A stretch of 64,000 nt of DNA, taken from the NCBI RefSeq assembly GCF_020745735.1, contig NC_083409.1:14479873-14543872 (forward strand). The letters run 5' to 3'. The DNA is from Hemiscyllium ocellatum. Taxonomy: Eukaryota. Below the pieces are notes generated by a model. The model was given only the letters and a program-made list of their open reading frames with translations, did not search any database and was not told the origin of the DNA. Positions 9,730 to 22,439 of this stretch are shown here, piece by piece. How positions within the stretch are numbered: the first letter of the stretch is position 1; each line of letters begins with the position of its first letter. Position numbers and translations under genes: made by a program.

Positions 9730-12715
9730 AAAGATGATTCCATGGCCCTGCTTTCTCTCCAGACTGATCTGGATTTGAGAGTTGCTGAAAAAAAGAGACA
9801 TTTTGTCGAAGCTTTTGTCTTGCACACATCAGGGCATTTTGCGAGAAATAGCACAGCAAAGGCAAACACCATGTAGACTGGAGACCCCAGCGGGTCAGGC
9901 ATCATCCATGGAGAGAAAGCAAGGCAAAATGAAATGTTTTCATAAAAAGGACTTTCTCTCACTCAAGTTCCAGATTCTCAAATGACTATTTGATCCTGAT
10001 TTCCTCTTTTGCTTTAGACCTGTTGAAATTCTAAAAATCATTCTGTCCTTTTTTGAATGGAGCATTCAGTTTATACATCATTCATCATTAAATTCCGTAA
10101 CTGCATCAAAATATTTTTCCTGATTTCCTTTCTGTACTTGGTATATGACTGGAGAATGTGTCATTTTGCCGCTCAGTTTGTATGCTCTGATGGTTAATAT
10201 GTATTTTTTGTGTTCCTTTCTATAAGAATTTTTGAACATCAGAATACCCCCTCTCCACTGTCGAGATCCTGTTCTGTCCTTCATAGAATCATAGAATCAT
10301 AGAATTGAGGAATCCCTTCAGTGTGGAAGCAGGCCACACAGCCCAGCAAGCTCATACCGACCCTTTGAAGACTATCCCACCCAGACCCACACCTCCCCTA
10401 CCCAATCCCTGTAACCCTGCGTTTTCCATGGCATTTTCCATTTGCTAGCCTGCACATCTCTTGGACATAATGAGTAATTTAGCACGGCCAATCCCCAACC
10501 TACACATCTTCTCTCAGTTTTGCAAATGAAACATCAGTTTTGATTTTTACGCTTTGGGCTAGATTTAATACAGTTGGAAACATGACTCTAGGCAAACTTA
10601 ATCATTCCAGTGGCCCATTTCAATGCCCCCAATGGCAGCAAATCTCTCCCAATGAATATCAGGATAGAAGTAATGAACTGAAATTCTCAGCTACCATCAG
10701 ACGATATCAACTTGACTGAGGAGCCAATTGACCCCTAAATTCTTGAATCTATCCTGATTATATGGCAGCTCAGGGATTAAATCGGCTTGGCTGTCCCACA
10801 ATTTGTCTAATCAATGGACCAAGCTTCAGATGATGTCCTCATGTTAAACTGCCACCCCTCTCATGACCCACATCTGCTTTTAGTTGCATTTGATCAGGGA
10901 TTCCATAATAAGCCAAGGTCTCCAGTGAGAGCCTTGTCTCCAACAAGCATTGCTCTGCTCGCTCCCAACTGGGGACCTCCCCAGGAACCAAAAGGAGCTC
11001 CCCGGCAGTTCTGTCACTGATGGGTGAGATTGTTGTTGACTCACCTTAGAGTGGACTGAAGCCAAACCTTTCTGACTCCATGGAAGGAGTTCTAACAACT
11101 TAGCCAAGGCTGATACTTTAAAAAATCATAAAATATGTCAATAATTCATACTGTCTTTGTGCAAGGTCAGAGTTTTGAGGTTTTAACGTGTTCTTTTGGA
11201 ATGCAATGAAGTGTTACCATGGAGAATGTTGCTGCAGGACAAGAACAGCCAACTCTGCCCAAAACGTCACCGCAATAATTAATCCATTACCATCCAGTCG
11301 AATGCTTTCTCACATTACTTTCCCTTTATTATTCCTCTTTTTCAGGTTATTAAATGCCTTTTAAAATAGTACACACATGGAAACACCGTCACCTGCAGGG
11401 TTTTCCCCAAACCATTCATCATCCTGACTAAGAAATATATCCCTGTTCCTTCACTGTCACTGGGTTATTATCAAGAAATTCTCTCTCTCAGGGCATTCTG
11501 GGTCTACCTACAGCACATGGCTGCAGCGGGTTCAGGAAGGCAGCTCCTCACCACGTTCAAAGAATATCAGGGACAGGCAGGAAATGCTGCCAGCCAGCAG
11601 CGCCCATGTCCCACCAGAGAATAAAACATGGATAGGTTTTGTTTAACAGCCTGTGGTAGAAAATTGCAAATTCTTACCACCTTCTGTGTAAGGAAATCTA
11701 CATCCCGAAATAAAACCTTGTGACCGAGATCCCTTGTCCCTGTCACATTATGTATTATTCCTCAAAGCAGCCCCTAACTGTACACCATATTCTAGACGTG
11801 ACCGAACCATTCTTCAGGACAGCTGCCATGGTCACTCTCCCCTCCATCTCCTCACTCTCAATATTCAATCCAAAATCACATTGACCTTTATGTTTCTGAT
11901 ATTGTTTCCAATTTAAAGGAGACGTGTCACTTGGCATCCTTTCTTGCGTGCTGCAGTGTTGTTTATAATATAAACGGCCCTTCAACCTTTATCGTTCTCA
12001 GAGGCTTTATAACCAAGAAAACCCCTTCCAGCTCTCAGTGGAGAAATTCAGTTATTCCCGTTTCCCTGCTCTATCCTAATAGCTTCCCTTTCTGTGTGAC
12101 TATGTTTCTGGTGTGTTCAACAATATCTGACACTTGCCTGCCTAATGCTCTTACACCCACTGATACCTGTTGAGGTCTCCCAGATAAATTGCTGCTCTTT
12201 GCAGTTTGGTGACCTGCTTTGATAGCCGTGTGTTCGGTCTTTGAGTGTAATTCATATTGTGTCTGAGCCCAGTATCAATCCGAAGGACACTCCACCTTTC
12301 AGTCTGACAAACCAGGGTCACCCATGTCATGACTCTATTTCCAGCCTAGGCTCCAGTTTTTCAAAGAGATGAATTCAAGCCTCACAGTTTGATCATTTGA
12401 AGTGTACCTTGTTTATTTTGATTTCTCCTGGGATGGGCGGGCACAAAAGTGGCAGTTATTTGTTGCCCTTCCCAAATTGTCCTGGAGAGGGCATTGGTGA
12501 GCCGTGTAACATCTGGGAAGGAAGGCGCTGGGATCTGAACCAAGAAAAACCCCATGAAACTCAATGTCATGTTCATGAATGTAGTTTGGACAAGGGAACC
12601 CAGTCATCACCCGGTCTGTGACTCCAGTCCCACAGTGACGTGATTCATTCTTAAGGCCCCATGATTTGGCTCAGAACTCAGTCCGAGTAACTAGAGATGG
12701 GCAATAAATTTGAGG
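9730..12715 (-). repeat. Old inverted segmental duplicate, arm A' (pairs with 1960-3970), with insertions at about 10285-11710
   Basis: For example 9790-9880 (CPDVCKTK) and 10230-10280 match 3860-3940 and 3390-3425 in reverse complement. Confidence 0.8.
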
Positions 12716-13519
12716 TTTAATTTACAATAGTTTATAAAATAGTTCACTTTAAAAACTATTTAAATAGTTAAATCTATGTTAACCTGAGGGTACAAGGCAT
12801 AATTTCAAAATTTGCTGAGGGTATGAAACTTGGATGTATTATGGCTCATGAAGAAGATAGTGTCTAACTTCTATATATATATAAGTTATTGGGATGAGCA
12901 GATGGTTGCGGATAGAATTTCATGGAAAGAGCTGTCACTGATTCATTTTGGAAGGAAAACGTGGAGAGACAAACAAAATAATGGGTACAAATATGGTTGG
13001 GTGTAGGGGCAGTAGGACCTGGATGTTTATGTGCATCAGTCACTGAAGGTGGCAGGATAGGCTGCTGTTCTCATGAGAGAGCAGCTGATTAAAGCAGATG
13101 CCATATCAACATGAGCATAGAATACAGCGTGGATGTGAAATGAATGCTTCCTTTTCAGGGAGAATATAAAACTAAAATAAGTTCCCTCATTTAAGACCGC
13201 AATAAGCAGGTTTTCTTTCTTTCTTAAGGTCATAAATCTTTGGAAATCTTCTTCAAACATAGAAATGAAACCTCTGAATGCTGGTAGTGAAGAAGTAGAT
13301 AGCCATTGCTTATCATAAATCTATTGGAGTGAGGCAAAAATGTGGAATAATCAGGTCAGCCATGGGGAGCAGGCTCAAGAGGATGAATCTCCTTCATTTT
13401 TGTCCCTAATTCGTATGATGGTGTGTCCAGTTCCACCGTTGAAAGAACAATGCCTTAAAGTTTGTGGTTTTCAATAAATCAGCTGAAGTGGCTGCTGGTT
13501 TGTGTGGGCGCGAATGGAA

Positions 13520-13582
13520 GGGGACTTTACCCATAATCCTCAGCAGCAGTGCAAGCGCTCTCTCGCCACTAGAGGGCAGCTG
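13520..13582 (+). promoter_or_regulatory. Candidate CTCF site with adjacent kB-like site and E-box
   Basis: CCACTAGAGGGCAG (13566-13579) with TGCAA at the upstream-motif position (13550); GGGGACTTTAC (13520-13530); CAGCTG (13577-13582). Confidence 0.5.
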
Positions 13583-16500
13583 CTTCACTGTCCCTGATCA
13601 GTAAAGTGGGACTCTGCTTGCAACTAACAGGCTCAATCTGGAGAGACACATGAAGTTCCTGAAGAAGGCAACGTCGATTCTCCTGCTCATTAGATGCTGC
13701 CTGACCTGCTGAGCTTTTCCAGCAACACATTTTCAGCTCTGATCTCCAGCATCTGCAGTCCTCACTTTCTCCTCCAGACACATAGAGTGTACAGCTCTAG
13801 AAGCAGGGTACTTATCACACCACAATGAAAATATCCCCTGTGAGAAGAAAAGTACTTTGATGTGACTTTTGTTTGTCTTCACAGTGTGCTGTTTTGTTCA
13901 TTCTGTGATACACATAGACAATGTCAGTACTGAGTGGCACAAAGTATATTTCCTCCTCTAACCCCTTTCCAACACACCCTCTCCATCTTGCTTTACTCTC
14001 TATTGACTCTTCTACAATTACCCCTGCTCCCTCCGTCCCAGTCTCAGAATTGATGGTTGGAGTTCATGATCCCGCACTGTGTGAAGGTTGGTGTGAAGTG
14101 AGGCCAGTGTGTTGGAGCTTGGGCTCCTGCCTCAGGCCCAGGTGTAGGGGCCTGTTCAACAATCTGCACATTGTCCTTTTTCTCTTTCTGACCGTACTGG
14201 AGTTTTCAAGCTGCAGTAACTTGCTGGCAACAAGGTGTCTTGTCTAAAATGATCCCAGCACTGGGCAGATCTCTGCTGTTGATTTTTTTTCTCTCTCTCA
14301 GGAGCCTGCTCTGTATTCAATGCCTGTTATCATGAGTTTGTTGGAGTTCATATGTCAACTGCTGCTTCCTTGCATAGAACTGAAAAAAAGTCATCAATAC
14401 CTCTTGAGTTTTAAATACTCCATCTTCATGAAAGTGGTTGGCAGACTTTTTAACATCATTTAACCCTCTAATTATGTGAATGCATCAGTGTTATTTATGG
14501 CTGGGAGCATTTAACATCATGGTCCTAGTTTTTAATGGATCCTCACTCGTGTTAATACAGTTTGCAATGTTTCGCTCCCCTTTTGTGTTATTAAGAAGCT
14601 TGCAAACTTATTATGATGAGGACAATGCAACTTCAACACTGTTTGAGGGAGTGGGTGGCTGTTTGAATTCTCATCTCATTATCATACAGCTTTCGAAGAA
14701 AATGCTGTAGTCTCTGAAATTAGATTGTACTCAGGTTTTATTGCATATTGTGTTTTTATTTAATTTTGGAATGCCAATTTGTCATAAAAATATCCTGTTC
14801 AGTTTTGTAGCTCAATAGTTGTGTTTGTTCCCGAGACACTGGAAGTTTACACAACACACCATTTGCCTGTGACCCAGTTACTGGCCAAAGCCTCTGGTTG
14901 TTCGGTGAGTCCAAGCCATTGTCTTGCTCTCTGCAGTTATACAATCAACTTGGTTTCTCAGTGTGAGCCAGGAGACCACTGTGTGGTGACTTCCTGTTCC
15001 ACTGTCGGGGTAAAGGCAAGTGGGAACTGTCGAGGTTAATCCCATCATGAACATCAGAACATTATAGTCAGCTGGAACAACATCCACTGACTAATTTCTT
15101 TGGCTGCCATTGCAGGAAAAGCAAATCCTTCCCTTTTCTGGCACAAAGAGAAAGTGCCCATCAGACTCTCTGGTGTGTGATGGTTTAGCCCAATAGGAGC
15201 AGCTCTGGTAGATCATGCTGTATCAGCCTGGACAGAAACCTGGGCAAACTCCAAATGAAAACATGTCCTTCAGTAGATCTGCTGCTATGCAAAATATTGA
15301 ATTGGAATCCTTGTTCCCGAATCTCCTCATCAAACCTAAACACAATTGAGAAAATATAACCCAAACCAATTTCCCAATGACATATGTCACAACAAGAAAG
15401 TGGGGAGCAGACAGTTACTGTTCGCCTGTCTCTGGGGAGCGTCACTTTTCCTGTCTCCTCTCTCTTTGCGGATATCATTTTTACCATCCTTTCTGTCTGA
15501 GAATATTACTGTTCCTGTTCGCACTCTCTTGGAGACAGTGTGTGGGTCTCATTTACTCTCATGAAATGTGTAATCCCTGCTTCACTATGTGTGTAAGCCA
15601 TGGGTGAAAACCCAGCACAGCTAACCCTTCACTTCAATCAGATCACAGGGTCCGACTGACTGGATCACGCTCAAGATAACCCAGATCAAGTTCCAGTGAG
15701 ACTGCTGTTGACCTTCCCCCTCAAAGCCCACTCAGGAGGTGGTCATTAATCCCAGTGTTGTCATAGATTAAGTTCTCCCAGAGATTCATGATTCATTCTA
15801 GATTTTACACAAGTGTGTGATGTTGTCAGGCGACAGCTGGGAGACATGGAGATAAAATATAAAAGGAGAGAGAATTAAATGTGTGTTATACATTCCTTGA
15901 ACTTAGGATGTTTAGAAATATTTTACAGCCAATGGAATACTTTCAAAGTCCAGACATTGTTGTAATGTGGGAACTGTGACAGCCTGGGCATGGCAGATCA
16001 TTTGGCAGCACCACCCAGAGACTGGAGGCTGCTACTGCAGGCATGGTCCAACCAGCTCTGCTGTGAGGGAAGGACACTGGAGCACACAAGGACATGAGAA
16101 ATAGGAGCAGGAGAAAGCCTCCAATAGCTGTCCATCCTTTCTTAAATACAGGGACCAAAATTGCACACAATACTTCAAATTCTGGCTCACTAACACCCTC
16201 TATAGTTTTAACAGGATTTCTCTACTTTTAAATTCCAACCACCAGCAATAACGGTGAAAATTCAATTCGCCTTCTCAATTACTTGCTGTACCTGCACTAA
16301 CTTTCTGTGTTTCATGCAAAAAACTACCCAGATCACTCTGTACTGCACTTCGTTGGAATCTCTCACATTTAAATAATAGTCGACCTTTAGATTATTCCGA
16401 CCCAAGTGCATGGTCTCACACTTTCTTACATTGAATTCCGTCCACTGTGTATGAGTGTTTCATTTCCAGTTTTGTCTTCTCTTTGTGATTGACCATCTCA

Positions 16501-16589
16501 GTGCATCAGTCTGTAGCATGTCCCATTCCCATTTGTTGATGGCCCTGACACTTGATTATCTAACCCTTTCCTGCTGGTTCCATTCAATG

Positions 16590-19300
16590 ACAGGCAGGAG
16601 GTTGGAAGAACACAGCAAGTCAGGCAGCATGAGTTGATGTTTTGGGTGTAACTCTTCTTCAGGAATGGGGTTAGGTGTCAAAAAAGTTGCAGACAAAGAG
16701 GGTAGTGGGGACAGGATGATGAAGTGAGGATAGGTGATGACAGGTAGATGGTACAACATGGATGGTCAATGGGAGGAATGAATCCGGTAGGCAGCATGCA
16801 GGAGTGGAAGGGAGGGGGAGGGGCTGGGAAGGGAATCGGGGAAGGGAAGTGTAGTTATTTGAAATTGGAGAACTTAATGTTGAGTCATCTGGGTTGTAGG
16901 CTGCCCAGATGGAAGATGAGATATTGTTCCTCCAATTTGTGGCTTGGTTTATTGTGACAATGGAGGAGGCTAATGATGGTCATGTCGGAAAGGGAATGGG
17001 AAGGGGAATTGAAATGGGTGGGGACTGAGAGTTCTGGTCAGCCCCTGCAGGCCTGGCTGAGATGCTCGGTGAAACGTTCCCTAAGATTATATTTGCTCTT
17101 CCCAATGTAGAGAAGACCACATCGCGGGCACCTGATACAGTGAAATAGGTTGGAGGAGAAGCAGGTGAACCTCTGTCTCATCTGGAAGGACTGTTTGGGG
17201 CCCTGGATGGAGGGGAGGGATTGGTTTACCAGCAAGCTTTGCAACTTTTTGGGTTGCAGGGGAAGGTTCCTGGAGGTTCGGGAGGGTAGGTGGGCAAGTG
17301 GCACAAACCAAGAATTGTCAAATGGAACAGTCCTTGTGGAAGGCAGCCACAAGGGGTGGGGAGAGGAAGATGTTCTTGGTGGTGTGGTCTAGTTGGAGTT
17401 GGTGGAAGTGTTTAAGGATGATGCGTTGCATATGAAGATTGGTAATAGTTGAGGACAATGGGAACTCTGACTTTATTGCGTTTGGAGAGGGGGTGGTTTG
17501 AGAGCAATAGAATGGGAAATAGAGGTGTTGCAGTGAATGACAGAAGGAGGAAAAACACGTTGTTCGTAACAGGTGGACATCTGTGATCAGTGGAATGTCT
17601 CCTCTTCCGAGCAGATGGAGTGGAGGCAGAGGAATTGGGAGAATGGGATGGAGTTCTTAGATACTGGTTGACAGGAGGTGTGGTCCAGGTAGTAATGGGA
17701 GTCTGTGGGTTATTAGTAAATGTCTGTCTGAAGATTATCACCAGAATTGGAATGGAGAGGTAAAGAAAGGACAGGGAGGTGTCTGAGATGGATGAAGTGA
17801 AGTTGAGGACAGGGTGGAAATGTGGGGAAAGTCAATGAACTGCTCCAGTTCAGCCTGGGTGCAGGATGCCCTGCACTGATGTAATCACTGATGTAATGGC
17901 AGAAGAGTTGGGGCACAGTGCCTGTATAGTCACTGAAGAGGGACTGGTGAACGTAGCTCAACCGGGTGCCCATGGCCACCCTCTGGACCAGTTTGGCAAG
18001 GCGGATGAATGGATTGGTGGAGAGAGACTAAATGGGTCTGTTGCTGAGGTAAAGTTGTTGGGCCTGGAGGCCATCCTTGTGGGGTATGGACATATGTAAG
18101 GACTGCACATCCATTGTGGAGATAAAGCACTTAGGGCTGGGGAACTGGAGGTGACTGAAGAGATGGAGGGCATGGTTGGTGTAGCCGATGTAGGTGGGCA
18201 GTGCCTGAACCAAGAAGGAGAGTTGAGGTAGGATGAGAGGAGTTTGGTGGGGCAGGGGCATGCTGAGACAATGGGTCAGCTGGATAGTTGGGCTTGTGGA
18301 TCTTAGGGAGCAGGTAAAACTGGGCAATGCAGGGCTTGGGGACTATGAGGTTGCAGATAGTGGAGAGGAGATCACTGGAGGCAATGGGGGCACTGACAGT
18401 GCGAGTGATTTTGACCTGATGGGACACCGCGAGGTTATGGGCAAGGGGGAGGTAGGACATGGTGTCTGAGAATTGGGGTTCGACCTCTGTGAAATTTAGG
18501 TCAGTTCTCCAGACTAACACCACCCCACCTTTTTCAGTGGGTTTGATGATGAACCAGGGGTTGGCGCAGAGAGAGTGGAGTGCTCGATCGGAGGGGGTGT
18601 GGTTGGAGTGGGTGAGGGGAGAAATTGAGGCGACTGATGGCACATCAATAGTCAGCAATGATGAGGTCTCAAGTGTGTACACAGCTGGTGGTGGGAGGTT
18701 GGTGGGGTGACCAAATGGAGGAGGTAGGTTGGAGGTGAGTGAAGGGGTCCTCAGAGGGAGTTTGGGAGTTTTTATTAAAGAAGAAGACATGGAAGTCGAG
18801 GCTGCGGAAGAAGAGCTCCGCATCGTGGTGGGTGTGGGACTTTTTGAGGTGGGGTCAGGCAGGAATGACTGTGACCCCTTTCCTGAGGATAGACCTTTTG
18901 GTCTCAGAAAGTTCGAGGTCAGTGGGGATAGTAAATGTGGTGCAGGGCTCAGGGGTGAGGTTTTCGGGAGGGCCCAAGTTGGTTGAAGGAGGGGAGGGGA
19001 GAAGGATGATGGCATGTGGTGGGTGAGGGTTGGTTGTGATGTTGCATGGGGAATGGGTGTGGGAGAGAAAGGAGATTGGGACGGAGGTGGGCTGTGGAGT
19101 GAGATGGGGGAGTGGGTAGGTGGAGATGAGGTGAAGAGGGAGAAGTGGAGGCATAGCGTGCACTGTGGGGGTGGATGGGTGAGGAGGGAGAGCGAGTGTG
19201 CTGGATGGCTGCAGGTAGGCAATTGGACTCAGGCTATCTCTGGGAAATGCAGTCTGAGTCTTGGTTGCAGAGTGGGTGGGGCCAGAAGTGGAGGCAGAAA
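16590..19300 (-). mobile_element. Near full-length degenerate Penelope-like element (second family)
   Basis: RT motifs IIKPTEKGGVVLVW and FYLLPKIHK (ORF 18131-19222); GIY-YIG region CIRCPRCGLLYIGKSK...RERFTEH (17038-17352); frameshifted. Confidence 0.85.
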
Positions 19301-19319
19301 CTGGAGCGAAGTCAAGGCC

Positions 19320-19637
19320 AGTCTGAGTGTTTTGACTCAGGTTCAATTCCAGCCTCAGGCAACTGTATGTGTGGAGTTTTCATATTCTCCAAGAGTCTGC
19401 GTAGGTTTCCTCTGGGTGCTCTGGGTTTCCTTCCACAATCTAAAGTCGTGCGGCTTTTGTGAATTGGCTGTGCTAAGTTGCCCATAGTGGTCAGGGATGT
19501 GTAGGTTAGGTTCATTAGTCAGGGAAAAAGTAGAGTAATGGGATAGGGGATTGGATCTTGGGTGGGTTACTCTTCCAAGGATCAGTGTGGACCTGTTGGT
19601 GAAAATGGCCTGTTTCCTCACAGTAGGGATTCTATGA
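19320..19637 (+). mobile_element. HE1 SINE (head decayed)
   Basis: B box ggttcaattcc at about 19341, gggtttcctc core, tail gtagggattctatga. Confidence 0.8.
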
Positions 19638-20676
19638 CAGGCCATTCCAGATTCCCACCACCCGCTGAGTGAAAACATTCTTCCCCAAATCTTATTCGCG
19701 GTGTTCCTGATGAAAACTTTCAAACCATTCATTTTGTCTCGTGTCGTTTAGCTCTTGAGCTCCTTGTTCAATAAATGTTTTATTCTTTTTGATAAAATAT
19801 GAGTTCCCTGACAGGGACAATTAACTTTATCCAGTCAGGGAATCCTGGCTGACAGATAAAAAGGGGAGTGTCAGAAGGACTGAAACTCTGGGACCTGACT
19901 CTGAATAACAACCTGCCAACCAACCCCCTCCTTCTGTCATCCTCAATCTCCCCATGCTTACTCTTGATGCCACTTCGATCCAGCCTGTGCTGCCTTTGGG
20001 AGAGGTTGGCCTTCCCTCCATCACCCAGGAATGTGGTCATCATCCCAGAGCAGTCACACTTTTAACCTGAGGGTCATCACAGCTGGGGCAGGGGGAGCGA
20101 AGGTGGCACCTTCATGGTGGTCATACCTGTCATTAATCCACCGCAACCTCTCTTGGGGCTGCAAGAATTCAACCTCCCTCCCTCAGACAGCTCCCCTCCC
20201 TGGAAGGTAATATTGCTCATTTAGTTTTGGGTTAACTAACCACTGAAATATGACGATGGGGAGTCAGCATTGGCTGGGCAGGCAGCCACGACTGCTCAGA
20301 CCCTGGATCCAGAATTCGGCAACACATTAGGGAGCACAGTGCCCACTGCCTCTGAGATCCCTCCCTTACTGAGAATACACTCTCAGTATTAACCTTTTAC
20401 AGCTGCTATCTGAATTTGCTATAAATTCTGTGCCCAATGAACCTGCCCTTCCAGCTACCTAATGAAGGAGCAGCACTCCAAATGCTTTTACTTCCAAAGA
20501 AACCTGTTGACTATAACCTGGTGTTGTGTGTTTTTTAACTTTGGTCATCTGAATGAGCTGCCATCTCAGACTGAATCAGATGAACCGTTTTCCATTCATG
20601 ATTTGAGAAGATGAAAGCCTCATCTTCAATCCCCAGCACAAAGCCCATTCCCAATCCATCGCTCGGAGACACAGAC

Positions 20677-20880
20677 CTCAGAGAGACACATACAGGCAGC
20701 ACTAAGTAACACACACACTCTGAGAGACAGGCCACACTGAGTAACACACTCACACTCACACTCCATGCTGCCTGAAGGAGTCTCCGAATGTGGGTGCGTT
20801 ACTGAGTGCTGCCTGTGAGTGTCTCTCTGAGTAACACACCCACACTCAGAGAGACACCTACAGGCAGCATTAAGTTGAAC
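20677..20880. repeat. Degenerate ~34-bp repeats with one inverted unit forming a 26-bp hairpin
   Basis: 20807-20832 pairs with 20844-20869 (24/26), 11-nt loop; another forward unit at 20677-20710. Confidence 0.8.
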
Positions 20881-21270
20881 ACTCACACCGAGAGTGATAC
20901 AGCCGGCAATGTCTGTGAATGGCTGATGATTGTTTCAGGGGCTGTCTGACATACAGCAGAGATTGCACAGTTCGATCCCATCAGCTGGGCCTGGACCAAC
21001 AGAGTGAAGAGGGAATGCATCAGATTGTATTTATTGAGTCCTAACAGCTTTCAGTTTCTGTTATTTTTGGAATCTTGTAACCTACACAAATCCCTGATCA
21101 AAGGGATCATTTGAAAATGATTAATGATTGAAATTGATTGACAGGCCAAGTAACCAATTGTGACAACGATCTGCTGAAATGCAACCAATTAACTGAGGGG
21201 TTTGGGGGTGGGGATGGGCTGGAGGTCAGTTATTTCCAAAGCGCACAGAGGCAGAGACTGAATCTTCATC

Positions 21271-21276
21271 TTTATT
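21271..21276 (-). terminator. Polyadenylation signal of the intact kappa gene
   Basis: AATAAA on the minus strand about 485 nt after the stop, with a downstream GT-rich element; conserved in the C remnant. Confidence 0.75.
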
Positions 21277-21759
21277 CCCTTTTCCACATTCACATTGACG
21301 GAAAAAGAAACAACTGCAATTAACAGCCCAGACAGAGGAAGTTGCTCAAATTCACAGCCACAATGGAGCTTGAGGAAAACACTTGGAGAGATTTTCTCAA
21401 TAACACGAGAATCCTGCCCCTTTAAACAGTGACAAAACCTTAAATTGGAACTGGTGGCTGAGCAGAAAGGAGATCTGGTTACTGAAGCACAGACTTCTGA
21501 GGTTCACATTGATTTGTGCAGCTAACATCACAAGGCAATCCTGTCCCCATCAAACACTCCCAGGACAGTATGAGTTTTGACATGGTGTTCTCTCACCACT
21601 ATCCCAATGATATGCTTTAACATCCAAACCTCAGATGTTTCTCTGAGCAATCCTGAGAAGGAAGGAAGAGAAATTCAGTGCTGACAATGACCTTTGTCCT
21701 GCCAGCTCAGCCCTGTCCTATTTAAAGTTGTGTCTCCTCTGTGGACTGTCTCCAACACT

Positions 21760-22088
21760 CTACACACATTCTGATCTCCTGATGCTCTTGCTGAGGGGAG
21801 AAGGGAGGGTCATGTGGGTGAGGGCACAGGAAAAGCGAGCGTTGGACTCCCAGTCAGACCCAGAGAGGGTCAGCAGGCTACTGACACTGTAGGTGTTGTC
21901 CGAAGCTCGCAGGTAGTTGCTGGTCTGAACCCCGTCCGAAATGACTGCACCGTCCTTCTTCCACTGCACCTCCAGCTCATCGGGATAGAAGTGATTGGCA
22001 AGGCACACCAGGGTGGCAGTGCCCTTGGCATTGACCTGCTCCGGGGAGGGGGGCAGCAGGGTCAGCTTGGGCTGTGAGTTCTCACGGC
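21760..22088 (-). CDS. IGKC: Ig kappa (shark type III/NS4) constant exon, intact
   Basis: Acceptor tttcag at 22094-22089, phase 1. (S)RENSQPKLTLLPPSPEQVNAKGTATLVCLANHFYPDELEVQWKKDG...FSCALTHMTLPSPLSKSIRRSECV*: C1-set Cys-Trp-Cys plus the terminal interchain Cys. Confidence 0.96.
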
Positions 22089-22439
22089 CTGAAAGACAAG
22101 AGAAATAATTTTAATTCCTACCACTGGAAGGGAATTCAAACCTCCCAATATTCACTGGCCATTCAATCTTTTTGAACATTTGTAGTCAATACAGAATAAA
22201 CCCAACAAATTACCAGACATTGTTCAAATTGCTTCTTGGGGATGTGAGTATCACTGGCAGGGCCAGCACTTACTACCCATCCCTACTTGCCCCTGAGAAG
22301 GTGATGGTGAAGCAGCAGAGAGAGAAGGGACAGTTTTGGATCATTGTTTTTAGAATGAATGTGGGCAGCTGGAAAGGCTATCAATGGGGGAGCATTTCAG
22401 TGACAGTGATCAGAACACAGTGAGCTTGAGAGTAGGGAT

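Noticed and set aside
18131-19222. Longest ORF (363 aa, Pro/Ser-rich) as a novel gene
   Set aside because: It is a frameshifted Penelope-like ORF; the RT motifs appear in its C-terminal half.
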